From positions 133,486,001 through 133,550,000 of the forward strand of contig OX597815.1 in assembly GCA_951406725.2 (NCBI GenBank): DNA of 64,000 bases, in the 5' to 3' direction. Below, one piece after another: positions 49,758 to 63,827 of this stretch. The first letter of the stretch is position 1, and each line of letters begins with the position of its first letter. A program made the position numbers and the translations under genes. The DNA comes from Octopus vulgaris (Eukaryota). Under the pieces are notes generated by a model. It was not told the DNA's origin and made no database searches. It saw only the letters and a program-made list of their open reading frames with translations.

Positions 49758-51421
49758 ATGTTTGGATAAATTTGTATACCTCAGGCAGAAGAAGAATCTT
49801 AACCTTTCAGGATTAATTGATAACATTTTACTTGTTTCAGTCATTAGACTATGGCCATGCTGGGGCACCACCTTGGAGAATGTTTTTAGTCAAATGAATT
49901 GGCTCCAGGATCCATTTTTTAAACCTGGCACTTATCTTATTGGCCTCTTTTGCTGAACCACTGAGTTACGGGGATGTAAATGCCCCACCAACTGTGGTGG
50001 GGAACAAACACATATACACACACACACACACACGCCTATCTATCTATCTATCTTATCTATCCTACCTACCTACCTACCCAATAGGCCTCTGTCCACTGAA
50101 TCCACCTGCAAGGCCATGGTCAGCTCGAAGTTACAGTTGAGGAATCTTGTCCAAGGTTCCACACAGTGGGACCAAACCTGGCCCCATTGTCTAAGATTGA
50201 GAAAAATAATTAATTTCAACAGTAGGAATTAATTTTTTCCAGGTGGAAATATATTTTGCTCTCTCTATCTCTAAAACGCCAGTAACTGAAACATTAAATT
50301 CCTCTTTTTCCTATGACATATAATCATATACAAACTCACCAAATTTGCTGTATAATTTTTGACAATGCAGACCATTACCAGTTTCCTTGGACTCTGTTGT
50401 TTACCATACGTTAATTAAGTGTAATATTTTAATTAAGTTAAGATTAGTATGTATGTTCTTGTTGGATGCCAATAAAGACTGGCCAGGATTGCATGTTGAA
50501 CATAGTGTGTTGTTTCAGCCACTTAGCTACAATTACATACAATAGCATGGCTGGTAATTTGGTGTTAAAAGCATTAAATTCACTGGATAATTTGCGAGTG
50601 ATTACCATTGAGTTTACAAATGGAATTGTACTGGAACTTTTAAGATACAACTTAAAGGTTGGTGCCTTTTGCCATGGTGTTGCTCATCAAATGAGCAATA
50701 ACCAGCCAATCAGCAAACTGAATTCACATCAGGATATTGTGTGTGTATACACATGCGCGCATTAATAGATCTTTTCAACCACATGGTTTTGGGTTCAGTC
50801 CAACTGCATGGCATGTTAGGCAAGTGCCTTCTACTATAACCCAGGGCCAACCAAGGCCTTGTGAGTGGATTACAGGGAAACTGAAAGAAGCCCGTCATAT
50901 TATGCATGTGTGTGTGTACATGTAAGTATCTCCTTGTCTTGGCAATGTGTGGTAGCTGTAATTGAACATGACCATCAACATCATTTTAATATCAGCTTGT
51001 CTATGCTTGCATGGATGAGACAGAATTTGTTGAGGCAGATTTTCTATGGTAAAATGTCTTCGCCGGACCTCAGTCAAATCGTCCAACCCATGCTAGCATG
51101 GAAAGCGGACGTTAAACGATGATGATGTATGTATGTCTATATATATATATATATATGTGTGTATATATATCATCATCATCGTTTAGCGTCTGCTTTCCAT
51201 GCTAGCATGGGTTGGACGGTTCAACTGGGGTCTGGGGAGCCAGAAGGCTGCACCAGGCCCAGTCTGATCTGGCAGTGTTTCTACGGCTGAATGCCCTTCC
51301 TAACGCCAACCACTCCGTGAGTGTAGTGGGTGCTTTTACGTGCCACCGGCACAGGTGCCAGACAAGGCTGGTAAATGGCCACGATCGGATGGTGCTTTTT
51401 ACATGCCACCGTATATATATA

Positions 51422-51812
51422 ATCAAAATAAGCAACAAGGATATCCAGAGATAATGCAGTACGATCATTTCATGCAACTCCATTTAATTGAACAATGCAA
51501 TCATTTCATTACATCAATTTAAAATGTAGAGCAATCTTCAGCTGCACAAAGACATAGAATTTAATTAAATTTGAAGGACATATTAGTATAATTTTACCAC
51601 AAATCTCCAAGAGGATAAGGAGATAGACAAAGAACATGTTACAACTGTAGTTGTAATGGCACATTAGTATAATTTTACCCAAAATTTCCAAGAGGATATG
51701 TTGGAAATTTTGGGTAAAATTATACTAATGTGCCATTCTAATTTAATTATATTCTATGTCTTTGTGCAGCTGAAGATTGCTCTTGATAGATAGTTACATG
51801 AAACGATCATAT
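51422..51812. mobile_element. second inverted pLTR-like cassette with hammerhead motifs (51455-51546 minus; 51765-51811 plus, damaged)
   Basis: Highly similar to 20830-21307 but with a different fold-back junction. Confidence 0.85.
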
Positions 51813-52199
51813 ACCTCTTTCAATCTTCATTTGTGTATGTGTGTGTGCTGTTCATATAACCTCTGTACCTGTCCATCTGTATGTCTATCTGTTTACTTTC
51901 ATATCCATATGACTACATACATGTGCATATACATACACACACACACACACACACACATACATTCATCTACATAACAGCCCACTAACTGTTCTACCTGTAT
52001 ATAAATATAAACTGTGGGTATGGTAGTATGATTATCTACTACGTCTATTTCCTATTTAGTACTGGGGATGTTTCATTTATGAAGACATACTTCTGTATTT
52101 GTCTGAGCGTTAGGTCCTTTGGTTGCTTGGATAAATAGCGGATGTCAAGATGACGCAGGTTGCCTCCATGTTGGTCCTTGGCATGTTCATAGAGTATGG

Positions 52200-52379
52200 A
52201 TGACTATTAACTGCATGGTACGTAGTATCAGCCCTGGCATTAACTGTAGGACTAGAAATGTATTTTACAGTATAAGATGCAAAGAAGATGCTTGTAAAGA
52301 CCTGAACATGATATACATAGAGGAAACACCTATGAGCATTGTCGAATGACTAAATGAACATTTGAGACAATATGATGAC
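52200..52379 (+). pseudogene. PLE GIY-YIG endonuclease N-terminal relic
   Basis: NCRTRNVFYSIRCKEDACKDLNMIYIEETPMSIVE*LNEHLRQYD, resembling C...NVVY.I.C..C..YIGET.....RL.EH. The TGA sits where CGA (Arg) is expected. Confidence 0.7.
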
Positions 52380-52471
52380 AAAAAAACACACAGCCCAGTC
52401 TGGAAATCTAACTCACTACCTCATGATTGTGAGCCCAATGTTTTAACCACTGAGCCATATTCCTTCAGATA

Positions 52472-52512
<41 letters not shown>

Positions 52513-52906
52513 CTTCTAAACCCTAGTGCTCACCTGGTTTTGTGTTATGAACCATTGGAATGTCAAGGATGTGGCAACTGGAAGGATAGAAGATCTGCAC
52601 CAGCATTGTGATGATACTTGTTGTTCAGCGAAATAGACTAGAATAATGTAATTGAAGTACCTTGCTCAGAGACACAGCATTGCCCAGTCCAGGATTCAAA
52701 GACATAACTTTAAGATTGAGAACATAACACCCTAACCACTAGGCTACATGCCAGTGTATGCAAATGCAGATGAATGGTTAATCCTTGACTGATGGCAGTT
52801 CTTAGCATTGTGTTATTTTATTGGGATTTGATTGTGTTGAATATGTGCTGTGTGAATTGTGTTATATATATTGGGAGATGATTACATAGAAATATATATA
52901 TATATA

Positions 52907-53125
52907 TGAAAATGTGCTGGAAAGTTCCTGGTTTTAAGGGTATTGCGAAAGGCCTAGTTGGAGGCCTAACCTTCTGAGTTCTTTTATAGGGATTAGAAAA
53001 ACTGAGGGACTGCTGCAATATGGGTGTGAATCTGAGATGGGAATATGTTCCATAAAACCATAATTAACTGATCCTCATGTATTTGCTTTTATCCAAAGCC
53101 AGGAACTTTTCAACACCCCATTGTA
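52907..53125 (+). mobile_element. mariner-derived MITE
   Basis: TIRs gtgctggaaagttcctggttt and aaagccaggaacttttcaacac. Related copies at ~29775-29920 and 63828-64000. Confidence 0.8.
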
Positions 53126-53904
53126 TTCACACACACACACACACACATATGTACACATTTGTCGTACATTGTTTTTAAGATGGTGATTACATTGCATGTT
53201 TGTTGTCTGAGTTGAATTATTTTTATGAGTATTATTATTATTATATATGTATCTGACTTATTACTTACACATCTAGTTGAAACACAAGCTACAATTATGT
53301 AACAGAAACTGGTATTAATGATGCTTTATAAATTCTCCAACATTACTTACTGCCCTACACCCCTGTACATCTATTTCCTGCTAGCTCTGTTGCCTTAGGG
53401 AAATAATATTCTTTATGAAGCAGCTTATGACACTTTCTCAAATAAGCTATTCATCTTTTTCTATTCTATGATAGCCTGGATTTTATCCTTAGTCTCTTTT
53501 ATTTTTCTTTATTTTTTTCTTTTTTAATCATTTTTTTTCATCCTTTATCTTGATTGTATTAAATAAGCGAGTCAGATTGTATGTATTATATATATATGAT
53601 TCACACTGGATAGTCAGCTTTTACCTGTTTAATCTGCTTACATAAGAGACATAACTTAGTTTGTCACTTTGATTAATTGACTGTAAGATATTCACATCTG
53701 CTATCTATCTATTCATTTAAAGAATTTACATGTTCATATTTATCAGCTTTTATTGATTACTTTTCATTATTTTCTGTAATTAATTTAGCATTTTTGAAAT
53801 CATGGAATCTGCACGAATTCTTTGTACTGGTAGAATATTTGCATTCTTGGCTGCAGGGAAGGAGATGTGTAAATCATTGAAGAGAATGTAGATTTTTTAT
53901 TATT

Positions 53905-55070
53905 ATGGTGGCAAGCTGGCAGAATCATTAATGTGCTGAGCAAAATATTTAGTGTTATTTCTTCTGGTTCTTTATCTTCTGAGTTCAAATTCTGCCATGG
54001 TCAGCCTTGCCTTTCATACTTGGTAAAAATAAAGTACCAGATAAGCACTGTGGTTAATGTAACTGACTATCCCCTCCTACAAAATTTCAAACCTTGTGCC
54101 TATATTAGAGTTGGTTGGCAGAATCGTTTACATGTTGGAGAAGATGCTTAGCAGTATTTCTTTTGACTCATTATTTTCTGAGTTCAATTTGCATCAAGGT
54201 TGACTTTACTTTTCATCATTTCTGCGTTGACAAATTAAGCACTAGTTGAACACTGAGGTTGATGTAATTGACTAGCCCCCTCCCCCAAAATTTCAGGTCT
54301 TATGCCTATAGTAGAAAGGATTATTATTGTTATTGTATTGAATTGGCAGTGGAATTGCAGTATTTGTTCTGGCTCTTTACTTTTTGAGTTCAAATAAGAG
54401 GCCAACCTCTGCCTTTCACTCTTTTGAAGTTAATAAAATAAAGTACTTGTCAAGTGCTGGTGTTGATGTAATCAACTTACCCCACTTCCCTAAATTTGCT
54501 GCCCTTGTGTCAAAACTTTGAAACCCTTGTTGTTGTTATTATTATTGTGAAGGCAGTGAGCTGACAGAATCATTAGTATGTTGGACAAAATGCTTAGCAG
54601 CATTTCTTTCAGCTTTACATTCTGAGTTCAAATTCCATCAAGGTCGATTTTGCCTTTCATCCTTTTGGGGTCAATAAAATAAGTTCCAGTTGAATACTGA
54701 GGTCAGTGTAATTGTTTAACCTCCTATCCCCATATTTCAGGCCTTGTGCCTGTAGTAGAAAGGATTATTCTAATTTTTATAATCAATTAAGTTGGTTAAC
54801 TAGCAAAATCATTAAAATACTTAGTGGCATTTTATCTGTCTTTATATTCTGAGTTCAAATTCTGCCAAGGTCAATTTTGCCTTTTATCCTTTCAGGATCG
54901 ATAAGATAAGCAGCAGCTGAGCACTGGAGTTGATATAATCAACTAGCACCCCACTACCTCCCCCAAATTTCAAGCCTTGTGCCTAATATTTCCTTTGATA
55001 TTTTGAAGGTCGATTACATAAAGTAACTAGTCTATTACTAGAAGCAATGTTATTGACTAACCCTCTCTTC
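53905..55070 (+). mobile_element. second head-to-tail array of about 6 SINE family B copies
   Basis: Same unit as 43560-45680. Confidence 0.8.
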
Positions 55071-56025
55071 AGATTTGGGCTTTTCTAAGTCATTAGAGTG
55101 TAATTTAAGGGAGATTTGACTACTATTTCAAGCATTGTGAGGTGTCTGATTGCTTTTCTTTGTGTTCTCTGTTCAAATTATGCAAGTGTTAACTTTATCT
55201 TACATTCACCTAGTGTTGGTAAAATAAATACCAGACAACTACCTCTTCTTCAATATTTGTGACTTTATCACCTACTGACGCTGTTATCCCTTCAACATAC
55301 TATATCTAATATATTGATAAACTGTATAAAAGTGATGGAATGACAAATTTAATAAAAAAACGGACAACTGCTGGAGTAATTTGATAATGGTTTTGATGAC
55401 TTTAATGTTTATTTGTTGACAATGCTGCTAATGTTCTGTTTGTCTTTATGGCAGCCAAAAAAGCAAATAGTTTTGTCTTTGATCATTTATTTGCATGTTC
55501 CATGCTAATTGTTTTTGAGAGTGGGGTTTGGAGGGTAGCTAACAACAACAAAAGCAACTTCATAGGTATAACAGGATATATGATACCATCATGGTGTCTG
55601 ACTTTGCACTAAATACTTCTCCCAATTTTTCCACCCCAGCACTGCAATTCTCTGGAATTCAGTCCCTTTCCTATGCATTTTTCTGCAAACATTGTCTGAC
55701 CTTCAAATGTTGAAACTGTAACAGATGATGACTGTCTTTTCTTCTCACCAGACTGAGAGGAACTACAAAGGTCAAAGGCTCTGCTTTTCCTCATTTGACT
55801 CCACAATTTTAGAAATGTCATCTACTGTTATATTTGTTTAAAGAAATATTTTCTTTTTCACTTAATTGAAATTGTTTTTATTTCTTATTCCAAAATTTTT
55901 TTTTTCTTTCTTTGATAAAAATCTCAAGTTGATTAAAAGAGAGCTTTTCAATGATTGAAGTTAAAAATAGTTGGAACCTGAAAATTAAAATTAATTTAAA
56001 GAAGTAAAAATATAAGCTTAAATAT

Positions 56026-56391
56026 AGGTGCAGGTAAGACTGTGTGGTTAAGAAGCGCATTTACAACTGCATAGCTTCGGGTTCAGTTCCACTGTGTGGC
56101 AAGTGTTTTCTACTATAGTCCTGAACCAACCGATGCCTAATGAGTGCAGTCGGTAGATGGAAACTGTATGGAAGCCTTTCATGTGTGTCAGTCTTTGAGC
56201 CTGTGTTTGTTATCCCCCACATTACTTGACAATTGGTGTTGGTTTGTTTACAACTGTTGTAACTTAGTGGTGTGGCAAAAGAACTGATAAAATATGAGAC
56301 TTTAAAAAAATAAGTACTGAGGTCAATTTGACTAAAAGCCTTCAAGTGGTGCCCCTGCATGACTGCAGTTAAATGACTGAAACCAATAAAG
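56026..56391 (+). mobile_element. SINE family A
   Basis: A/B boxes and tail present. Confidence 0.8.
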
Positions 56392-56727
56392 CAATGGTTC
56401 TCAACTGGGATCCATATGGTCCCTGAAGGTCCATATAAGATTTTTGGGGGTCAACACCACAAAATTGTAAATTGAGGATCCACAATAGTACTTTGAGGGC
56501 CCCTGAAAAAATTTCACTTGGTATGTATTGCAAGAAACATGTATTGCCAGGTTTCTTTCTCTAACATTTTACATAGTTCAACGTACACAAGTTAATGCTT
56601 GAAAACGAAATAGTAATTTTGAAAGAAGTTTCTATAAAACTAGTTTTTAAATGTGAATGGCTATGAGAGGGTCATCAGAATAAAATAGTAATCAAAGGGG
56701 TCCATAAAAAGTGGCCGAGAACCCTTG
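56392..56727. mobile_element. hAT-type MITE inserted in a SINE tail
   Basis: TIRs caatggttctc and gagaacccttg. 8-bp flanks caataaag and cagtaaag. Confidence 0.8.
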
Positions 56728-57120
56728 CAGTAAAGGATAAAAGATATATTAATCTAAATTTGAATTTCGATATCATATTGAATGTCAGTTGAAGTTTGAA
56801 TTTGAATTTCTGTTTTTGTAATTGTTCATATTCTGCTTTAATTGTCTCTTGCTTCAGCTTATGAAAACTTTTGTTAATCAGTTTGAAACTTGAAACTTAA
56901 TGAAATATTTTTTAAAAATGTAATGAAATGTAATAAATTTGATCCTTCATTTCAACCTTTGCTTGGATTCACATCATCCCGAAGGATATGATTGAAAGCT
57001 TCAAAGGTTGGTAAATTACAAGAAAAATTTATAAAAATAAATATAGAAAAGTCTACAATTGTTTATTCATCAATATTAAAAAATAAAATCTATTTATAAT
57101 TCAAAATCATATGAATACTT

Positions 57121-57151
<31 letters not shown>

Positions 57152-57369
57152 AAGTGATACTGTCCTTTATAGAATATACATTGTTAATGAATTTCATACT
57201 CTTCTAATCGATAAATTAGTTGGACATGAAACTCTGAGTAACAATGACCACTTTATATTTTATTCTACTTGCATATTTAGTCAACATTTTTGTTCATGTA
57301 ACAAACCTATATATATATATGTAGGTAGGTAGGTAGATTGATAGATAGATAGTGTAAGGTAGGACATAG

Positions 57370-57710
57370 ACTGTAGAAATCAATCCAGGATGTGATTTTC
57401 TGACTCATCTTGGAGAAAAATAACTTTCAATAAGAACTGACCAGGACTGTGATGATCTGCTGTGGACAGGTGATTAGAATGTTGCAGGAAATAATTGTAA
57501 GATGGATTCTTCAAGCCAAGCTGACCAGTAGGAGACCTAATGGTAGATCAAGGATGTTTGGATAATATCCATAGTCTTAGTTGGTTATACTTGGGAATCT
57601 AACTGGAAAGTCTAAAGATGGCTGATTCTGACAGGATCCTATGGTGAGGGTGCCTGAGGACTGTACTCCCATGGCATTCTCAGGAATAGTGAGTGGAAAA
57701 GATGGATGAA
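57370..57710 (+). mobile_element. RTE-like LINE 3' relic
   Basis: CGQVIRMLQEIIVRWILQAKLTSRRPNGRSR, resembling W.GHV.RM...R..GRPR. Confidence 0.6.
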
Positions 57711-57959
57711 TAAGTGTGTGTGTGTACATATATTAGGTATTTTTATGTAACAGAAACTATCAACTACACCTAAAAAGCTACCTGGACATTTGAGAGAGTC
57801 TATTTTGCATTTGCTCTTAGTGTGCTTATTGCTTAACCTGTATATGATCTGACCACACAGCTTATGCAACCAATTTGTAATGAATACACTATAGAATTCC
57901 AACCCGTTTATTTTCTCTTTATTGAATATGACCATTTCCATGATAATAGCCGGACCCTG

Positions 57960-58752
57960 GCTGTTCTACTTGCAAATAATTTAGTCTTTGCTAAGTTTAC
58001 TATGATGCTTCTTGAATCTAGGTTTTGTTTCTACACCTGGAATGTCTTTTCTAATTCTACATACTCAGCTACAAGAATTATGTCAGTATACAGGAGTTTC
58101 ATGGGTAGCAAGTCTTAAACTCTTCTGTTTTTGCTTGGAGGACTATAATAAACGGTTGGGGACTGAAGAACTGAGCCCTGATGCACCTCTACCTTCATGC
58201 TAAATTCATCACTATACTCATTACTAACTTCCACCTTGCTGACTGAGCCTCTGTACATGGCTTGTACAGCTCTCACAAGCTATTTATTTCCTCCTTGCTT
58301 TCTTAGTGACTACCAGATCATAGAGTGTGAAATGTTGTCAAAGGCCTTCTCTAGATTGACAAATACCAGATATAGATTATTCTTGGTTTTGCACTTCTGC
58401 AATAGTCTCACTTGGAAGATGGCATTAATAGCACTTCTTTTTGGCATAAAACCAAAATTGTGTCTCATCTAAGTTAATTTTATTCCTAATCAATTGAGAT
58501 ATATCTCTTTCCATAACTTTCACAACTTGATCTAATATTTTAACACCTCTGTAGTTTCCTCTTTCTAGCGCATCTCCTTTGCTCTTGTAGTAGTTGATGA
58601 TGATGCTGTTATACCAATTATTGGGTATGACACCCTTTTGTACTACCTTATTTACTATTTGAATGACCAGTCCATTTCCCACTTTTCCAAATATTTAAGC
58701 CTCACTGCGGTAATTCCTGATAAATCAAGTACCTTCTCTGCCTTCATGTTCT
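57960..58752 (-). mobile_element. RTE-clade LINE reverse transcriptase relic
   Basis: IPNNW...KGDALERGNYRGVKIL...QFWF, LVFVNLEKAFD and VHQGSVLSP motifs, with frameshifts. Confidence 0.88.
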
Positions 58753-58755
58753 TAA

Positions 58756-58967
58756 CCCTTTCGTTACCAACCTGGCTGAAACTGGCTCTGAGTACAAATG
58801 TCTTATTTTCATAAGTTTTGAATTAAAATCTTCCACCAAATCTTAGTCACAATTTATGTTCCTAACACTTGCTTAATGACAACTAAGTTATTTTCTAAAT
58901 TCTTTGTTATATTTAAAGTAATTTAAAGAAACACAGAGCATTCAAAATAAATACAGTAACAAAAGGG
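58756..58967. mobile_element. piggyBac-type MITE
   Basis: TTAA-CCCTTTCGTTAC ... GTAACAAAAGGG-TTAA. Confidence 0.85.
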
Positions 58968-61900
58968 TTAATCAGTCTAGCCACCATCAGGTCACCCTGT
59001 TTTGGTTATGGACTTTACTAAATCAGACCATTATGTACTATGACTTTTAACAATAGTAAAAGAGATTCTCACCTGGTTGAGTAGATAAAAATCCTATTTT
59101 CAACACCTTACAAAATAATTATACATATTTTTGTTTGGTAGTAAAATTTTTTTTTTAAACTCACACACATACACATTCATTCTGTAATTGAAAAATTAGT
59201 TTATCTTACTAAAATAGCCACCTTGTTATCAGTCTAAATTTGCCATGAATAAAACTTTAACAATAGTCTTCTTGTTCAAAGAAAAGAGCATTTCCTGGTT
59301 ACTAACCCTTTTATCAGTTTAATAATGTCTTTTATGAAGTCTGCATGAGGATGTATACAAACATAGCTGAAGGAACAAGGGGTGTGCCATCTGAGTAACT
59401 TTAAAAATAAATATTTTTTTTTTTTACCTTCTTATTTACAACATCAATATGATATCAACAAGCAGATATAACTTTTTGTCCTTTTTCAGTTTTGAAATCT
59501 AATATAAAATTAAAAGTAAACACTCCCCCATTTTATCTATTTTAAAGAGCAATGTCACTGAAATCTTCAGGCATAAAAAGGTTTTGACTTTTAGTCTTAC
59601 TCATATGTGTCTTATCAGAATTATTATCATTGTTAAAATAGATGATTGGCTATCAGTAAAGATCCAGTAAAATACCTTACTATAATATCAATTGCCTTTC
59701 TGTGCATTTTGTGTCCGTTTCCTGTCAGGGTTATCTTTGCCTTTCCTGTTTCCTGGTTCATTAAAATAAGTAAATACTTATCAAATACTAAGGGTAGATT
59801 AATTGCCTGTTCTTAGCAGTCCCTCCCCCCTCCTGAATCTATGGCCTTGTATCTGTATGAGGAATTTTAATTATTAACGTTGGTATTTACATTATAAGAA
59901 TTTAAAAATTTTGAGATAAAGTTTTTTTTTTTTTTTATGGTGGTACTCGAAATAGATAAAGCTATAAATAATAGTATATAAAATATTAGGTTAAAAAAAC
60001 TTCTTGGTACCTTGGACTTTTTTTCCATTCAAGAGTTTTATTTTAAACCCAATATTTTACATTCTGTTATTTATAGTTTTATAGAGTTTTGCTGTAAAAA
60101 ATTAATTTTTTTTTTCTGGGGATGTCGTTTGGTCTGACTTCTCGCCTCACTACTTTTATCATCATTTTTTATATTTTGACTCTACACAACTTTTGTGACT
60201 TAGTTGTTGCTGTTTAACTCTGGTGAACCCTGATCATTAAGACCTATGATCAAAGGCATTCCAACTATGACAATCACATCTTTTTGTATATCTGTGACAA
60301 TACTGTGTAATGTCTCTTTCTTCATTTTGTTTGCAAGTAATTAGGGTTGGTGAGAGAGAAAGAGAGATTTTGTTGCGATTTCTAGCACTTCCAGCAACTA
60401 CATAGAGGCTCTCTCTCTCTCTCATTGCTTCTGTTTTAATGCATTTGGAAGTTTATGTAAAAATATGGCTTCTAAAAAATGTTTGGTTAATATACCTACC
60501 AAAAACATACTGTAAATGGGTGCAAGCATGGTTGTGTGGTTAAGAAGTTCACTTTGAAGCCATATGTCTGGGTTCAGTCCTACACGAGCAAGTGTCTTTT
60601 CTTCTATCTTTTCTCTGACCAATACTTTGTGGGGTGAATTTAGCAGATGGATATGTGTATTTTATTGACATTTATTGGCAAATTAAAGGATATAAATAAT
60701 GAGAAAACTGAAATATAATGTTTTATGGGCAAAGTCTCTTGGGAGATATTTGGTCTTCATTGGGTTGCTGCCATTTCTTTGTCACTCTTGCCATTAGAAA
60801 TGCAGTGAACCAGTAACTAACCTATTGGAAATCTGTAACCAATGATGTTGTTCACTAGTTGAGGTGTCAAATAGATAAAAAAAATAAATGAGATAAATGT
60901 TTGAGAAAACTTTGAACAGTTGATGTCAAAAAATAAAGACAAATAGAAAAAATGTTGTATTACTTTTCATAGGTTGTTTGAAGATCCTGTAAATGTTTTG
61001 GGAAAGATTCCTCCTCAAATAGAAGAAAGAAAGTAATTAAATAGTTTGAAGAAATGTGTTGTTACCAGCAGACCATTTTAAAATGTTGTGAAAACTGGAT
61101 CTGAAAAGATGAGGTTTCTTGAATCTGTTACTTTAACATAACAGTATATATATGATTGTATGTGCATATGTAAATACACACTCCTGTGTCTGGTCAACGC
61201 AGAATAATTATATCAAAGAATGGTAGCTGAAAGAGACAAACTACTTTATTTCTCTGGGCCAGTAATGATAGAAATCTCAATGATAAGTTAGATCACAAAG
61301 TGAGCAAGGCTAGCTTGACATTCATAAGAGAGAACAACTGTGGAATAAGAAGCACGTCAGTCCGAATGAATTAACTGTTGCATTTTTAATTATATATATT
61401 GGTTATATTATAATGATGTCTGGAGCACAACTTACATTAAGTAAAATCTTTATTGAATTTTCACATGTATATTAATGTAATGATGATGTTTTGATCAAGA
61501 GTTTATTTTAAATATGAACATTTTTTATACAGATGGTCATGGGTGGGTTGAAAGGGTTAAGAGGAGACAGTCATCATCTTTGATAAAAAAATAATGTTTG
61601 TAAAACATTGATTTATAGTTTGCTCAGTGAAAACTTTCCTGCATCAATGTTTGCTGTTTATGATTGAGGTGCAAATTCATGTGTTCAGCTATGATGCTGT
61701 TTTAACCACTTGGCAATGGGATTAATTTTCCAGACAACTGGATTAATTTGTCAGACAACAGATGATTTGACTATAAATAACCTGGAATGCAGGCAATATA
61801 ATGCAACAGCAGCAAAATGACTTATGTTGGTTGACGCATTACTGATACCGATATATGTTCATTACATACGTAATGTTCTGTTTTGTCAGTGAAATACACA

Positions 61901-63827
61901 CGTGATCTGCTGTTATATGATTAAAAGATTTAAAAAGAAAAACTGTTTAATAATGCTGATCTAGTTATCTTGTAGTATGGTTATGGTCTTTATAAAAATA
62001 TCATCATCATTGTCATCATCACCATGGGTCATGAGGAGTTTGTCCAGGCAAATTTTTTACAGCTGGTTACCCTTCTTCTTGCCAACCCTCACCTGTTTTC
62101 AAGCAAGATAATATTTTTCCATGGCTGGACATAGTTCCACAAAAGATTAGAAATAAACATCACTTGTATGATGATGACATGTGCTTACAAGTATTGTGTG
62201 GTATCTAGACAAGGACATACAAGCACACACACATTCAAATACATGCTTTATGGGCTTCTTTCAGTTTTTGTCTAGCAAATCCACTCACAAGGCTTTAGTT
62301 TGCCCTGGACTGTAAGTAGAAAACATCTGCCTAAGATGTTCTGTTGTGGGATTGAACCCCAAACCATGAGGGATGAAAGCAATCTTCTTAACCACACAAT
62401 TATGTACACACACACACACGTGCATACACATATGCATATTCTTTACCTTGAGTAGCAGAACAATGTTTTATGCCTACAGCACAAATGATGATGAAGATCA
62501 TCATCATCATTCAACATCCATTTTCCATACTGGCATGAGTTGGACAGTTTGACTGAAAATTGGTAAATTGGGGAGCTGCGCCAGGTTCCAGTCTCATTTG
62601 GCGTGGTTTCTACAGTTGGATGACCAACCACTCTAAGAGTATAGGACTATAAAATTAATGATTTCTAGAAGACTAGATGTTTGAGATGAGGGGCTAGTTG
62701 ATTATATCAGTCCCAATACTTGACTCGTGATTTATTTTATGAATCCTGGAGTGATGAAAGGAAAAGTTGAACAAGACAGAATTTGAACTCAGAATGTAAA
62801 AAGGTCATAGCTAAATTACTGATAGGCATTTTGCTCTACCGATTCTGTTAATTTATATAATAAGCAATAACTTCCAGCTTTTCAACTTGTCCTTTTACTT
62901 GCACTGGTTCTTGGTTCTCATTTTATTTCCTTGCTCTGACCACTTTTGAATTGATATAGGGTCTTCTTTTATGTTGGGGTGTGCAGGACAACAATCAGTA
63001 CCCTTTCCCCCACTCTATAGACAATAAACATGACTCAGAAGATATATATCCCATTATAATAGATTCTTCATTACACATTACCAATTTATTGACTAAACAA
63101 ATACATTATTTTCACTTGTGTGCATACTAGCAAATAAAATTAAAAACAAAGAAAAACACTTGTTCTCTGCAAGGGAGCTTTGTTCTTCAAGTTACATAGC
63201 TTTTCTTACAACTTTTTGTCTTTCTAGTCTTTCCCTCTGCCTTTCTTTTTCTTTCATTCTATATTTTATTTCCTTTGTTACTTTTTTGAAGTTCTTTCTT
63301 ATCTTTTAAAATGTCTTTTTCTTCTTTCTTCCTATCTTATTTCCGCTATTTCTCTCTCCTTCCATCTATCTGTCTCTGTCTTCCACTGTCCCTCTTTCTC
63401 TCCCTATGTTTACTGTAGGTTTTAGCTAACTGCCTTCCTCTCCACATTCCCTACAGTATTGTCACAGATTAGGCAGGCAGGCTAGCTATATAAGATAACT
63501 GAAATATTGATACAACAATACAGAAGACAAAACTGTTTGGTGGGTGAGGGACTGGGGAGTGGCGCAGGCGGCAAGTCTATTCATTTTGTTATTGTTTACT
63601 GTTTCACTAACAACAGAATTACTTATACGATGTAAGAATAAAGTGGAATACCTATAGATCTGTTACTTCGCATACACATACACACATTCTGTCTGTCTGT
63701 CTCTGTGTCTCTTTAAAAATCATACTGAAGCACACCTATAAAAACACATACTCAGACACATCAGTACGGATACTCATACAGAAATTTACACACCTGCATT
63801 TCTACATTCAGTATCGTACAGTTCTAC

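Noticed and set aside
60973-61031. Exon-like block (ttttcatag|...|gtaatt) reading LFEDPVNVLGKIPPQIEER as PAWR exon 2
   Set aside because: The PAWR donor is phase 0 and that phase hits TGA at codon 3. No Par-4 similarity.
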